Source of the DNA: Trypanosoma brucei
Lineage: Eukaryota
Reading direction: 5' to 3'
Assembly (NCBI GenBank): GCA_000002445.1
Contig: CP000070.1
Location: 1,888,001-1,952,000 of the forward strand
Length of the DNA: 64,000 nt
Positions 23,014 through 37,203 of the stretch are shown here, in pieces. The translations under genes were made by a program, and so were the position numbers. Position 1 is the stretch's first letter; each line of letters starts with the position of its first letter. The notes under the pieces were generated by a model. It was not told where the DNA came from, made no database searches, and saw only the letters and a list, made by a program, of their open reading frames with translations.

Positions 23014-26000
23014 CTTTTCCCGTTCGGTCCAGGTCGGGTTGGCACCGAAAAGTTGCCGACGTGACTGCGCCACCCCGTTCGCGCCCCTCACACCCGATGT
23101 ATTCCATCTTGTTAGCACAATTCAGTCGTACCACCGACTCCCAACACAGCGGTTTGTACTAAGAGGCTTCTCAGTGCCCTCACGCTCTTCCCTGACCCTC
23201 CCCCCCCTTCGTAGGGAGGCCCGGTAGTTGTGTCAAACCGCCGCGCCTTTCAGTCAGTTATACCAGCAACCTTGACAAGGACTGGGCAACAGTGCCCGGC
23301 TTAGGCGGTTACCGAAAGGCAGGACCCTGGCGTGGGTGAAGTTGGCCATGGCACAGCAGCAGAAACGCAGAGACAAGCGCCGAAGCAGCAACACAAAGGG
23401 ATTTTTTTTTCAACGTTAAGGACAGTGCCGGCACTTTGCTCTCCAGCAGCACGGAGCACGGGCCCTTGGGCCGGCAGCGAGACGGCAACCGCGCTCCGCG
23501 ACCTTGGGCAATGGGTCACAACCAGCCGCAAGTCACCAGCGGAAAGGAAAAAAAAACTCTTGGGGGGATAAAAAGAAAGGGCCGTGCGAACGCGTCGTCG
23601 TTAATACCCCAAATTCCACATACCTCACTGGAAAGATGAATTTGGAGAGGAAGCAATAAAACGGAATACGCACCACCAAAAAGGGCAAGGGAAATGGACT
23701 GGAAGAGCGGCCAGAAATGACCCGGCAGGCTCCATCCGGGCGCCTTCGGGACGGTCGGACAACACAAAAGCCGCTACGCCACGGGGAGTGGCGGAGGGCG
23801 GCGTGCATAACGAAACTAACTTAAGATATCGGTACTTCTCCACCCTTTCAGTCGAGCGCATCCTTCTTTTTTAAAAAAAGCCGAGGCTCATAGCATAAGA
23901 ATGCCCCTCAGCGCATTACTCAAACGTCAAAGCTGCATTACAGCGGCAGCTCCGCAGATATCTTTGCAACCGCGGAAAGGGGACTACAAATACTTTGGGA
24001 ACTGCCCGAATATAGCCGCATCATTAACTTAACCCCCCCCCCACACACACACACACCTACACACATCAAAATTGTAACAACCTCAATTCTTTGAGTTTTG
24101 AGAAGCGGTTGTAACAAGGCTCTCAGTAAAGAACATAATTTCCGCGGCGCACAGCGCAAAGATAACCACGGTGCCGAGGTAGAGGCACGGATTCGGAACT
24201 GCGTGAACTCTTGAAATTTGCTTCCCAACTCATGCGAGGTCAACTGACTTCTAGAGGAAACTCTTGCCACAAAAGAAAGAGGGGGAGTAATATTCTGCTT
24301 TTGCCGTAGTTTGACTACTCTTATTGGATTACTTTTGCTATCTCTTTCCATTTCAAAGGTTCGGCAAATTGATTTGTTTATGGCTTTGGCGCCGGTTAGA
24401 ACGACTTTCTTTTTTTTTCTTTCGAACTGAGAGTTTCTCTGCTACTAGAAAATATTGGCTTGGTTCCTCGCCCTGCAGCGGCCTTTTCTCTCGCAGAGAA
24501 ATGTAACGCTCAGTCGTCACAATCTGAGAGAATTGTGGCGGAATACTTCCCTTACGAGGCGCGTCTAACACCCACGTGTCGCTTCAGGAGGTGAGATATA
24601 CGTTGCGCTCTTCATACTAAAAGGTTGGCGCCATTGTTTTATACGGGTCACCGCGCACCTTTGGCATATCGATCATTCCCATACTTGAGCGCACGGGCAC
24701 CACACGCACCTTGTCTCAATGCTCAAACCCATGGCTTATTTCATGATGCTCCCCCAATTTTTCGGAGCCTCTTCTAGTAACGGGTAGTACCAGGCTTCTA
24801 GCAGTAGGGTTGTTGCGTCCACCACCATATTTAGCAACATTAGTTGTGCTGCTTGGAGACCTTCTCTCCACATTTCCTCTGATTGGATTCACTCAGCTTC
24901 CTTTTTTTTCTTTTCATTTCCCGTTGGCAGACCTCACTTCCCCACTGCAGTTTCAGGAAACATGGGCTTCTGAAAGCAAACTCATGTTAGGACAACCCCT
25001 ACTGCAGCATGCCAAATTGTCCGTTCAGTGCTGACCGCGTTGTGGTGCGATCTACTCCAGTTACATGCGGCCACAATTTTATTCCGGAGTATGCACTTGA
25101 ATTTAGTCGAACTCGCCTTGCCCCCACGAGAACAGTGAAGTTTCACTGCGCCACTGTAAGACACCTTCTTGGACGATGTGGACAACCGTCGTTTCCAGCT
25201 CATCGAGGAAATTTTGCGTACTCCTCCGCTTCTCGAAGCAAAAGCATGTCGAGGTCAGGTCCATCCCGTTGCTCTCCAACTGATGAATTGTTGCGGTCAC
25301 GTAATCATGGCCTGGCATTTCGGCGAGTCCTATTTTCATTCGGAAGCTTCCATGCGTTAAAGTTCATATGTCACCACCCCTGGCATTTCGTAATACGCCA
25401 GGCTGCCGTCGCGGAAGGAAACGGACAACAGACTAATTTGGGTCGCAGAATTTTCTCTCACGCACGACAAGCTGGAGGTGTCCTTCCCATGCCGAAAACA
25501 GCAGCGTAACCTCCATTGCTTATCAACGCTGAAGCCGCCACGCTACGGCGCAGTCCCTGGGGAAACTGGCGCAGGCGCTCAGCTACACCTAAGCGACGGA
25601 GGGCGTTGGATCCAGCCACCGCGTTAATACGGTTGATTTCATCGGCTCTATTCACCCTATTCCTCGAAAGACACAACCGTTGGCTGCGACACCGCCGGCG
25701 TTCCCTGTTATTACAACGATTTCGGCCCGCCCATGTAAGCGTGTTGCGCAGCCTACGGTGGTACACGGATTCTTTTTCTTTTTTTTTTGCGTAGGGCACC
25801 ACTTTCTCTACAAGATATCACATACCCTCAACACTTTGACCATAGATGCGGCACTATCCCTGTACGAAAACAAAAAGAATACCGTTGCCCTTTTTTTTCT
25901 TTTACGCTGGATCTCCCACGTGTGCATCAATTCATCCAGAAGATTCGGATGCAAGAACGTACTCAGCCTTCACTCATTTCCCTTACCCCCGTTGATGTTG

Positions 26001-28650
26001 CTTTTGGTCTCCACTTTCCGTCATCTATTGTCATCATGCCACTTCCATTCATCCGCAGCGTGCGGTCCGGATACTAAATCGTAAGCTTCGTGGCAGCATC
26101 GCTAAGGCTGAATACTTTCAATAATGAGCCAATCCAACCCACACATTCCTCCCCCCCCCCTCCCTCCAATTCCTCTGCCATCCCGCCTCCACCATGCGAC
26201 AGGCCATGCAGGCGGGGGGAAGTGTTCCGTTTTCATGGTTCAAAGTCGCCCTCGACCACCGTAACAAATCTCAAAACCCCAACAGAAAAATGGAGCTATC
26301 ACTTCAATTCCTCCACTATGCTCAGAGCACGCCTGACCTCCAGCCCCTTTGATCTTCTGTGCCTATCGCCTCCATTGCCGACATCAAGCCCTGGCGGTGT
26401 TTCCATTCCATTCCATCCCGCTCCGCTCCTCAGCCAAAGCAACCTCAAAACGCCACTTACCTTTCCACCATACCTTCCACACATTAACCCATTATGACCG
26501 ATTCCTTCGGTTAGATCAGGATCATTTTCCTCGTTTGTTTCTCCTGCAGTAGCGGTGTCAGAATCCCTCCCCCCCCCTGAACGGCAATGAATGTAATGCA
26601 GTGCCCGGTCCGAACCCTTTATCTTACGGGCGGCATGTTACCACCCACCAGCACTGCTTCCCCTTATTCCACTACTTGTGCTTCCCGCAACGCTGGAGAC
26701 TTTCGCCCAAGAAACGATGTGATGTCCGTGGTCTACGAATATTTCCCTAAGCGTCTTTTGCTTCAACAAAGTTGTAAGCCTATGCGCCTTGACGTTGGGC
26801 ACGGAGGGGACACATTCACAGCAAAGAGGAACCCACTTCCCACGGCACATTATGTAGAAGCTAATTGCAACAATCTCATTCCCGGCTATGAGGCGAAAGC
26901 TCGCACGACTAGTTAGTCCCTTCGAAGTCGATGCCGGTAAAGACAAAGGGCATGGACAAATAGAAAGTGAACCCCAGAACTACCACTCCTCATACCGGCA
27001 ACGTCAGTCGTTACCAGTGAGCTTAACGTCAGTACTAGCGTCTCTGGGAGCACACATACATACCATACATACGTAGATACCGCAGCGCTCTGGTTGTCAG
27101 CCTTACTCCCCAGGAGCTGCACCACTCCAAATAATAATGCTCAATCACGCATTGCGGAAGAACAAAATATCTGCATTTGTGTGTGAGCATGGCAACGAAC
27201 ATAGAGTTATGAGCGAATAAGAGTCTGTCATCACCCCAAACCAAAATGAAGAGCACCCACTAAACTTACAAACACCCTAAAAAACTCAGTATTTTGTGGT
27301 AAACCAAGGAGAATTCAACTCAGTTCACACACTGGGCCCAGACATCCGCCAACCTCACCTTCGGAGCCACCGAGGGTTTTCTCCTCTGCGGTGTTCTCTC
27401 ACATTCTTTAAAACCACCCACAACGTCAACAACAGACTAAATGAGATGCTGTACCACATAATGCGCGCGAGCGTTCGCACATCTATGTGTGCCAACCCCA
27501 AACGAAAGTAGTGGCAAACCAGCGGCCAAGCTGGTGCTCAACAACTCGAAATACGGTGCGAATGAAACCGAACACTGTGCTCACAAATGTGGCGGGAAGG
27601 CAAAGGAAAGCAAATGCGCGCCACGCCACAATACTTGCAGGAGCCGCAAAGGGGCGGGTAGAGGAATGCCCTTTCCGATAACGTACAGCACTCCTGAGTT
27701 AATCAAATGCGGTCACAACACCTCATCCGACAGCACACGCAGTTCAAATGACTTCCGTGGCGTGCAAGAACAAAACTCATGTTCATGCGCCCGTGGGACA
27801 TTCTACCAACGGACGAGCATAATACGAAAAAGAAGAGAAAGAAACATAAACCCAGGGAAGAGAAATAAGTAATAGGAAAAGATATAGGAGAAACCGCACC
27901 TCGCTACTACGGCCGCGACACTCGGTGGCACACAAGCATGTGCAAAACGGAAAAGAAGCGGGGGTAAAATTCACCTCGATGAGGTTCGCAACGCAGAAAT
28001 GTTCGTTGACAAAAGAGAAAAAAATAGTTATTTGAAACGTCGCACTCTGTGTGCGTGAGTGTGTGTTATTCCTTTTTTGGAAACAGTAACCCATGCTATG
28101 TCTAATAGGAAGAAGAGAAACATATATTTTTCGATAATGGATGTTCATAATTTAAATGTAAAAACAAAACAGGAAGGAACCATGCGTACAAACAAGGTGT
28201 TCTTGGAACACTCAAAAAATAAATAAAAAATAAAAATAAAAATAGAGAAAAATAGAGAAAAATAAACCTCGGAAGTTTGGTTGTGCATAAAAGGGGAAAT
28301 GGAATGTAAAGATTACACACCACATGCAATGTTGCTGACTCAGTTTCACGAATGGAGGGTGGCGACGAACCGTACGTGAGGGGAGCAGAAGGGTCCCATC
28401 GCGCCACGAATGCTACCATCCCCGTCCTCAACTAGTGGGCATCAACACAGAACAGCACGCATACATGCATGTTTCGCCCTCCTCACCCCGTACGCCTCCT
28501 CCCTTAGGTAACTATTATCCTCCAAATAAAAATTAAAAATGTCTGCACTAGTAAACAAAAAAAATACGTTAACAAGTAGAGGCGGTGCCTCTACAGGTGA
28601 GAGTAGACCCACCCAAGGGACAAGAAAAAACACATACGTACTGGAGAACG

Positions 28651-30966
28651 TCAAATCGCCAACACATACATTAAGATCAGCAGACAACATAACCGAGGTG
28701 CGCTCATACCTTCGGGGATACCAACTGCACTGACGACCGGTTGTATCTTTTCCCTGTTGCTATATAGCAGTTGCAGTTCGTCCTCATCGAGCTTTCGATT
28801 GTACAGAAGAACATTTCTGACGATCACATTATTGCCTCCCTCCCCACTGTCATTTACCGGCGCTCCAATAAAAAAGTGTGAGAGATGTAGATGTGCAGAA
28901 GATTCAGAAGCGCCTACACTCACTTCTTTTATTATGAGCTCTCCATTGACATGAGCATCCACTTTACCATCACGCAGTGTGAGCGCAATCTGATGGGTTT
29001 GATTCCAATCCATCGACGTGGTTGGGCCCTCTTTACGGACGGAGCCGTACGTTAGGACCCACTTCTTGCCGCCAACTGTGAGACTCAAAGTTTCGCTCGT
29101 TTTCCCCTCTGCGTTTGAAAATCCCATCAGCGGTGCCTCCGCCTTCGGTTCCCCCGCGAACCGAACGGTGGCAAGCAGCGTAAAGTGCGTGTTGGCGAAG
29201 TAATACCTCTGGTCCTGTCCCTGCTCGCTCACAGGCCACAGCACACGGCTGTTTCTTTTGCCTCCCAGCTGCACGCCTTCCGAAACCTTCACACCATCAG
29301 AGATACTGGCATTCACGCAGTCGTACACATCAGCCCACACACTCGCACCAACAGGGCCGGCGAGTAAACCAACAAGGCCATCGGTAGGGACACCGGAGCA
29401 GGTGGGGTCGTTCTTTTTCCGTGATGAAGAGCAAAGGCCAGCAAGTAAGGCGTCCTGGGCCTTCCATTTCCGCACCGTCGCGTTAACCTTCTCCAACTCA
29501 TCCACAAGGTGCACAAGATGAAGACCATACACTTCGTCAATGTTCTGCTCGTGCAGACAATAAAGCAGTCCATCACGGGCCAACAGCAAAGAACTGTAAG
29601 CGCTGTTATCGTCGCCCTCCGATATCTGGCCAACAAGCCACATACGGTTACCATCTGTCATCCACAGCTGTAGACGGTCCCGGCTCCATGCCCCCTTTGT
29701 GTTTTTCGGGTGGGTAATCAACATCACAGGCACATCCCCAAGCGTCACAGTAATAAGAGCCCCCGAACTACCGGGATAGTTGGCCGTTGGAGACGGTTTC
29801 GTACGGTCGGGTGAGTTCCCAATTACGCGGGAAATCGTTCCGAGTGATTCCTCCCACGTTGCCCCAAGGTTGTTAGATTCGAACACCTTGCGGAACCCAC
29901 CTTCTACGTTAACGCCAGAAGTGTCTGTCCGCGCGCTCATCAGCAGTTTCCCATTCCACTCAGTAAGAGAAGCTTCCGATGTGAGAAGCGCCGTTTCACC
30001 ACGGGCAAAATGCCAACTCACACCATCGTCAACAGAGTACATAACCATGCTTACAACGGCATTGTCTTCATTCCTCGCCTGCACCGGAAACAATATTGTA
30101 CCGTTCAATGTTACAACGCCGTTACCAGCTCCTCCAATGAACTGCGTGCCCTTGCTTCCTGCAACAGTGAAGTCGTAGAGGGGTTTCAGTGGTGTCTTTG
30201 TCCAAGAGATCCGCACATCACTGGTTTTACCGTCGGCACCCTTAGTCACTACACCCTTGTACATGAAAGGTTCCCAATCCGCTATACCCGCTGCGTTGTT
30301 TTCGTTGTGCCAATACCCCTTCGTGACATTGTATCTTGCCACAAGCACAAAGACACTGTCCGCCTTAGCAACGACAGTAGGATCCACAACACGAGAGTAT
30401 GTGGGATCCACGCGACCATTTTCAATGATGACCTCTGTTTTCCATGTTTTGCCCCCGTCCGCACTGTATTTAGCAACGGTGTCGGTGAAGAAGTAATCCG
30501 TGGAGGTAAGATACCGGGCATCACCAATACCCATCAGCACCCCATCAACCTCAACAAACGAAGGAATACGAAAGGAATGCACAGTGCGCTCTACCTTATC
30601 ACTACCCTCAATAGCAGATGAAAGTATCTTCGTTTTGCCGAGCGTTATGTACCCACCTGTCATTCGAGCGAACCATTCGCTACGCTTCTCAGACCCTCCC
30701 CAGGGACCTTTCTCTTCTTTGAACCATCTCTCCCATTCCTTATCATACTTATCCTTCCAATTGGGTCCATCCTGCCACCACCACACTTCACCATCCTTCT
30801 CGCTCAGCTTCTTTCTCAAAGCCCACGCACCGCCGGACAGAAATGCCTCACGCGTCGTCCCCTTGCCCGCAGCCTTGGAAGTCAGAGCGCAGCAGTGACA
30901 AACTGCAGTGAAAATCAACAGCAGTCTCGAGATTGGCATGCGCATTTGTTGGTGGAGTTCCTCCAT
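28651..30966 (-). CDS. Trans-sialidase/gp85-superfamily surface glycoprotein, 771 aa, apparently intact
   Basis: Hydrophobic N-terminal signal (MRMPISRLLLIFTAVCHCCALTS); FRIP motif (FRIPSFVEV); Asp boxes SADGGKTW and SVDDGVSW; subterminal VIVRNVLLYNRKL (VTVxNVxLYNR family signature); hydrophobic C-terminus (LCCLLILMYVLAI) compatible with a GPI signal. No SAPA repeats. Confidence 0.9.
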   Translation of the reverse strand: MEELHQQMRMPISRLLLIFTAVCHCCALTSKAAGKGTTREAFLSGGAWALRKKLSEKDGEVWWWQDGPNWKDKYDKEWERWFKEEKGPWGGSEKRSEWFARMTGGYITLGKTKILSSAIEGSDKVERTVHSFRIPSFVEVDGVLMGIGDARYLTSTDYFFTDTVAKYSADGGKTWKTEVIIENGRVDPTYSRVVDPTVVAKADSVFVLVARYNVTKGYWHNENNAAGIADWEPFMYKGVVTKGADGKTSDVRISWTKTPLKPLYDFTVAGSKGTQFIGGAGNGVVTLNGTILFPVQARNEDNAVVSMVMYSVDDGVSWHFARGETALLTSEASLTEWNGKLLMSARTDTSGVNVEGGFRKVFESNNLGATWEESLGTISRVIGNSPDRTKPSPTANYPGSSGALITVTLGDVPVMLITHPKNTKGAWSRDRLQLWMTDGNRMWLVGQISEGDDNSAYSSLLLARDGLLYCLHEQNIDEVYGLHLVHLVDELEKVNATVRKWKAQDALLAGLCSSSRKKNDPTCSGVPTDGLVGLLAGPVGASVWADVYDCVNASISDGVKVSEGVQLGGKRNSRVLWPVSEQGQDQRYYFANTHFTLLATVRFAGEPKAEAPLMGFSNAEGKTSETLSLTVGGKKWVLTYGSVRKEGPTTSMDWNQTHQIALTLRDGKVDAHVNGELIIKEVSVGASESSAHLHLSHFFIGAPVNDSGEGGNNVIVRNVLLYNRKLDEDELQLLYSNREKIQPVVSAVGIPEGMSAPRLCCLLILMYVLAI

Positions 30967-31402
30967 TCCTCCGACGGAGTGGATGTTTTGTGAGCAGAAA
31001 CAGCTGATATGTCCGGATGCAGGCGGTAATCCCAGGACCTCGCACCTTACGCTGACGCAGCTTAGTATGATTGGCTTCTACGGCACGTCCACAACAGGAT
31101 AATGCACCGTTGTCTTGCAAAGGGAAGCACAAAAAAACGGACAAAATGGAAACAGCAATGAAAATGGAAATCAAAAATGCAACTAGCGTAGTGGTTGGGA
31201 AAGAAGTGCAATCTGCAAAGTTAGAGAAACGCACAGGAGAGGCGATTGCACCTTTCCTTCAAGAATACGATGTTGTGGAGTACCTGCGTGTAAAGCAGGA
31301 TACGGGTGCCAACTGTGATAGAGGTCATGACACCTGACTGCTCAACACTTATATCGCGAGGTAGTGGTACAAGTTCTTCTAATGCAAAGGGCAGTCTCCT
31401 GT
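29800..31402. repeat. Segmental duplication copy B (direct repeat of 8098-9700), covering the 5' ~1.17 kb of the trans-sialidase CDS plus ~436 bp upstream
   Basis: See copy A. Confidence 0.9.
31114..31205 (-). promoter_or_regulatory. Putative polypyrimidine tract plus AG trans-splice acceptor upstream of the trans-sialidase ATG
   Basis: On the minus strand there is a ~85-nt pyrimidine-rich run (tttcccaaccac...tttgtccgtttttttgtgcttccctttgcAAG) about 150 nt upstream of the ATG at 30966. This is the typical trypanosomatid layout; the exact site was not determined. Confidence 0.3.
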
Positions 31403-34400
31403 CACGCTAAAAATACTTAGTGTATATCGTTTTTCCGTGCACGACGCTACCCACCTCCAATCGCACTCTCTGACAGGGCCAGGTGACATTAAAAGGAAAA
31501 TGTGAAGAGGAAGCACCAAGAACACCTCCCGAGGCGGGGTTGAAATCTCTTGGGCTGAAGCTGTGGATGTGCCCCTAGAGAACGCAACATCCCGCCTTCA
31601 ACTATCCCCTCCCCCTCGTGGTGCACATGACGGGCACCGACACCATTGACTCGGGCACGACCTAGCGACAGTGAAGGTACAACCAAACAGCAATGCCACT
31701 ACACAAGCAGCGGCACCGCCACGCCTAAGACCCTCTTCCCAGTGGAAGCTTGAACTCGAAACCACAATGGCGTAGATCCTCGTCTCTTCCATCAGTAGTT
31801 GATGAAAATATGTGTGTCGGTTTTCCGTTCCGGCAAATGGCACTGAGTGCTCTTGCGGGTGGTCCACCACCTTATGGCGTGCTAGACACTGTCCACAGAA
31901 GTAAAACTATACCCATACACTCCGGCAAAAGCATGTTTACAGTGCCGATATGTTACGAAACCCCCATGACATGGGTCAACCAAAGGACCACGGCGTGGGG
32001 CATATTTACGTAAAGCGAATACAATCAAGACTAAACACAAGCACGCACGCAGACACACCCGCACGTGCGCAAACAACCCGATACTTAGTGAAGACAAAAA
32101 TGATGACCAGAAAACACCGTCAAAACTGCTATTTACTGCTCGCTGAGGACAGCACTAATCCACTTACCTGCGACAACGGCCGATTCACAGGGTAGAGAGA
32201 GCAACCCCTCGAATTCAATATAGTGAGCGAAAGACCAACAAAGACTCCCGTGTTATTTACTTCATTTGTCAAGCATATACTCGTTGTGGGCACACTCAGT
32301 TGACCGTGCCTTCGGAGTCGGACAGAACAGTATTCGAACCACAAGCGGCGCCCGCCATATCGCCACGTCTGTGCGGTCATCTGCTGCAGACGGCGCTCCC
32401 GGCGTCTCAGTCGCACGTTCCCAGAAGATCTCGAAAACTTCCTTCCAGTTACAAAACTTCCGCGCTTCGCATGGTGCACTTATCCCACAACCTTAACATT
32501 TGGGCACATTTCTTGGAAGGATTGCAGAAAGTACTCAACATCGCCAGGGCGAGGGGAAACGCCGCCGAACGAAACCGCGTAGGCACAGTCGCTATCAGGA
32601 CGGTCACATTGACAAATGCCGGCCTTCGGTCTCCATGAAAATTGTGCCCGAAAACTCGGGCACGTACATCATTTATTTTTAGTTGTCGAAGCATTGCCTA
32701 TTTGCTCTGTTACTGTGCCGCTCCACCTTTCGCACGTTTATTGCACGACCGAACAAACCCCCGTTGACCTTCCCGTCTATCAGTGTACACTCAGATCCGG
32801 GTGAGGCACCTCGTTCTTCCTGTATTCATCGATCTTTGAATTTCCCTATATTACTTTTCCATTGTTTCAATTTGGACCTGAACCCAACAACCCCTGCTGG
32901 TAGAGACTTGACATCTTTCACTATTGGTCCAACACGTAAGTAAATGTAGTGTCTTGGTATTCCAGGCATACCACCTGAGCGGCTTACCACGCTTATGTAA
33001 CAGGAAAACCACATTTTTTTTTTTAACGAACAGCGGCGGGCAGCCTGTGCGTTAGGTGTCGATGGGGGAGTAGTCGTTTTCATAAAAGATTTTTCTTTTT
33101 TACTTGATAAACCATGCAGATGCGCGATCATCCACTGACTCTGCAAAGAGAATAAGCGTAAATCAAGATGCCAACACATAGCGTCTTGCCCCAGGACAGC
33201 GTTGTATTGCACATGAAAAACTCTGTTCTCACCACTAAGCATTTTTCGCTAATTGGTCGGCGGTGGTGAAAATCCACTTTTTGTTTCTAGGAGCGAGTCA
33301 GGGTGGTGAACAGACCGGCTCTCGTTCCAAATAAACTACAAACTTCATCATGCGAAAAGCGTGTCACTTAGTGATAGCGTGATCGGACACGTAGCGTCGA
33401 AGTGGCGAAGCACCCCTCCCCTGGTGCAAGAAGTCTTCTAATTGAAAAACTTTGTTTCGTCCGTCGTCACCGGCTGCACACCCCCTCCCGATGGCGTACT
33501 TGATCTAACACAGCGTGAACAATCACGGGCACTTTCAATGTATTCACTCCCTCCATTCACCAAGCATAGCCACTATACTTTGTGAATCATAAATTTGGGT
33601 GAGTTCGATTGCCGTGATACCACAACGGAATGTTGCGCCCAACTAATTAGCGTATTTATGCTCCCTCGACAGCGAGGTACGTTCGTCCATCCTGCACCGG
33701 GTGGTAGTGTTTTAGAAAGGGAGAAAGGAAAGTTTTGGATTTCCATGCAGACAACTATTACCTACTGCCTAGATTTTGTTCTTTAAATGCAGGAAAAAAA
33801 TAAAAACGTCCTTCCGCTCGAAAAGGAAGTGCAATGGTAGAAACTGTGATTCAAATCCAAAAGCCTAGGTATGTGATTCACCACCCACAAATGAGCAACA
33901 AACAACACAGGTTCTGCGTCAGCGCATCAGACTTAACACGGCGTTCCATGTTCCTTCAGTGCAACGTAAATTCAGGAAGAGCAACAAGGGAACGCTAAAT
34001 TGCATAGCCTGATGGAAGTGAATGCACCACAACTGCCTGAAATGAAACACTACCGTCCCTCCCCATATTAGTATGCACTCCGAACTACGTTGCATACTTG
34101 TATTATCCCTTTGGCCTTGTAACTCATGTAACCAGAACCTTACCCTTATCCCCCTAAACGCAGCTTAGGCAGGGATGCAATGAACTGGACCTCACTACTC
34201 AGCCATTGCAGGTGCACAACCACAAGACTACAACACCCAGTTTACCACGGTGTATAAGCTTTAGCACCACAGCACGTGAGAAAGGAAAGATAACCAAAAC
34301 AACGTCCGCAAATGTCACTGGGAAGCTGCGTCATTACTATTCAGATATGCTCCTGGGAAACTGCTTCAGCATTTAGCCCGCAACGGTGACGAAACCCTCC

Positions 34401-37143
34401 CCTCCATTGGGTAGTTTCTCAGCGGTGCTCGCGTCACATTGAATGTTCAGCTCAAATCCATAGCCGAGCCTCCATAGTAGTTGCGATGCCCTCGGAAACT
34501 TATGCGTAACCCTGATTTGCCTTGCTTCTGTATGTAATCTGTCACCTTCACTACGGTATCCTTCAGTCGCCCCAACGGATTTCTGAACAGCGTGCGGGAG
34601 CACTATATCACAGGCACGCCAGTACGAGGATGACTATGCCTAACTTGTTGCCGAGTGGGACCGTACCACAAAGCAAAGGTGCTGCGTCACCGGCATCCGA
34701 TTTCGCCGTAATTGTCCACCATTGTTTCTCTATGTGCCCTCTCCCCCCCCCCCCCGATCCCCCACGCCACGCAGAGAATCCGGCAGCGCATAAACCCCAC
34801 AAGATGTGCCATCGTGCATACTAATAAACCGTCAACATTTTCCCGTATAAATTTTTTACGGACTCTTCCAGCTCCGTGTGTGCACCCCTGGAGAACCTGT
34901 TCTTCGATCTCCTCCTTGGAATAGTCCTGAAGGACTCACTTTCCCGCCAGCTGCGAACCGGCATTACACGTATATGCAACGTCATCCCATCAACAATGCA
35001 GGAACCGCTCCACTCCATGATCAGCACATTTGATTTAGAGCGTGTCATTACATCGTGAATAAGCATGTGTTTTGTTTCCTTATCGAACAGCAAAGGACGG
35101 CCCACAGAGTCCTCTAAGCAAGCGCTCCAGGTGTCGAGAGCATTCCCCTTACATCTCGATTGTCACTTGTGTCACAGAGGTCTGTAGAGTAACATCCCGC
35201 CCTATGTCCGCAGCTTTCGGATACGTTTTCAAAGCGCAAATGACGATGCGGGGTTTGAGTATCACTCCGCCGCTGTCACAACAATGGCAGCCATCGCCCA
35301 GACCCTCTTCCCTCAGTGCTCAACAAACAAAAAACAGTGTCATAGAATGTCATGTGTGATGTCAAATGCGGCACTGAAGCACTGACTCCCCGTTACATCC
35401 ACCACAACAGAACGTACGATAAAATAATAAAAAGTCACTAGTGTTTGACGAAGGTCATTGTTCATACAGTCGGTCCCAAAAAGATACGTGGTCTCTGATC
35501 CGCTACAACGACAGCAGAATATGTTAATGCCCCCACTTTGATGTGACATCCACACCCGAAAGCTTTTACTAGTGCAAGTGTATTGCAGATGGCACCATAA
35601 ATTCTGCGTGTGTGGGGGGAGGGGGTCGAAATGTCGAGAAGTAAGCAACAAAGATCGCTGCATGACACTTGGCGAGTGCAGATAAAACGTTGTAGCCTCA
35701 AAAATATTCCACGTCCACATGTCAAGTTCAAAAATCAAGTGTTGATTTGAGAATCGTGTATACTCATATCCACTTTCAATTACATTTGATCTCTGCCACT
35801 AGAAACGCTATCATATAATCATGCACATGATAAGATTTAAAAAATGCATGGGACCGGGAGACTGCATATGGGCAACAAAAGATCAGTGGCCGGGGAATAA
35901 GAATAACAAGGCTCAGTTAATCTTTCTTCCGAATGGTGTTGTGCTACCCATAATTCAAAGCACGGTTTTAATACGGGTTCTAATTGCGCGACAAATGCTT
36001 TCACTGCTCTGCCTCACAGAACAACTGCATTAAAACCACTGCTAGTTAGAGGTTATGACCCCAGCGCTGCTGAAAGTAACCTCCTTCGGGGGCCGCGGTG
36101 TCATTGCTCGATGAAATATTATGTCCTTATGGTTAGTTGGGTCGAAAGACGCTCTCCTCGTTTGTTGCGTCCATGAAACAAAGTGTTCAGGAGTTCGTTA
36201 AAAAAAAAAACTGGGGCGGATTGCACAACTCCCTCGCAAAGCACACTCGATGCTACTAATAATTCTACAAGGCACCACAGCAGCACCTGCACCCGATATT
36301 TAACAAGCAGCGCACGATGAATCTCCAACAGAATGTTGCATGTAGACATCGGGTGTCGAGCGATCGAATGCAGATAGCTGCATCAATATAAAAATACATA
36401 TCCGAGATACAGGGGAAATCCCACGTACCTACGTGTAAACTATTGTTGCGTATCACTGATTTTAAATCAGGAAAGTTCCCGCTGCTCTGCGACAGACAGA
36501 GCGGGACTACATGTTCATATGGACTTTCTTTTGCGCATATTCACCGTGTATTTCCCTAGCGTTAAACACCCTAGAAAGAGTGATTTGCTGCTTTCACCAA
36601 CTTCAAAATTACATCCCCTCCCAATGGCTGTGAACGCCATGCGCCGAAGCTTTAAATTGATCATGGCACATCATCAGCCGCCACTGTGCATTTCAGTGAA
36701 TGCGAACCTGTTCGTTAGGCAAATAGTGGCAAACCATTTTTATTTTTATTTAGCATTCTGTGCTGAACCGCGTATATGCTTGCTCCAAAGAATAGAGCCG
36801 CTCGCAAACCATTGCCTCCATCGTATATTATTTATTTATTTACGAATGGGGAAATACACGCGGCCGTCGCCCAGTATTCGCATAGAAATATATTGCGAAT
36901 GTCTGCAGTCCTCATAGCAATCCCTTAAGCACCACCGTGACGTCAGACGAGGCCAGTTGGCTGTCACGTCTTAGAAAGAATGGCGCGATCGAAGCTAGAA
37001 TCGATGCAATGCCCACTCCTCCTAATAGCGTGAAGTGTTTTCATAAACCTACCCAGACCCACTACTCCCGGGACATGGAGCACATTTTAATTTAGCAAGA
37101 ATCCAGCAGCCTGCATCTGATACTTGCCCATCCCCCCCCCCCC

Positions 37144-37203
37144 NNNNNNNNNNNNNNNNNNNNNNNNNNNNNNNNNNNNNNNNNNNNNNNNNNNNNNNNN
37201 NNN
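37144..37203. other. Assembly gap (60 N) inside a long poly-C tract (11 C, N60, 20 C)
   Basis: Literal N run flanked by C homopolymers. Confidence 0.95.

Noticed and set aside
10000-28600. Numerous 60-170-aa ORFs on both strands (e.g. 16830..17324, 17376..17798, 25009..25509, 23938..24351)
   Set aside because: They are short, overlap on both strands, and are compositionally biased (Pro/Arg/Ser-rich), with no recognisable domain. This fits intergenic or degenerate sequence typical of trypanosomatid genomes.
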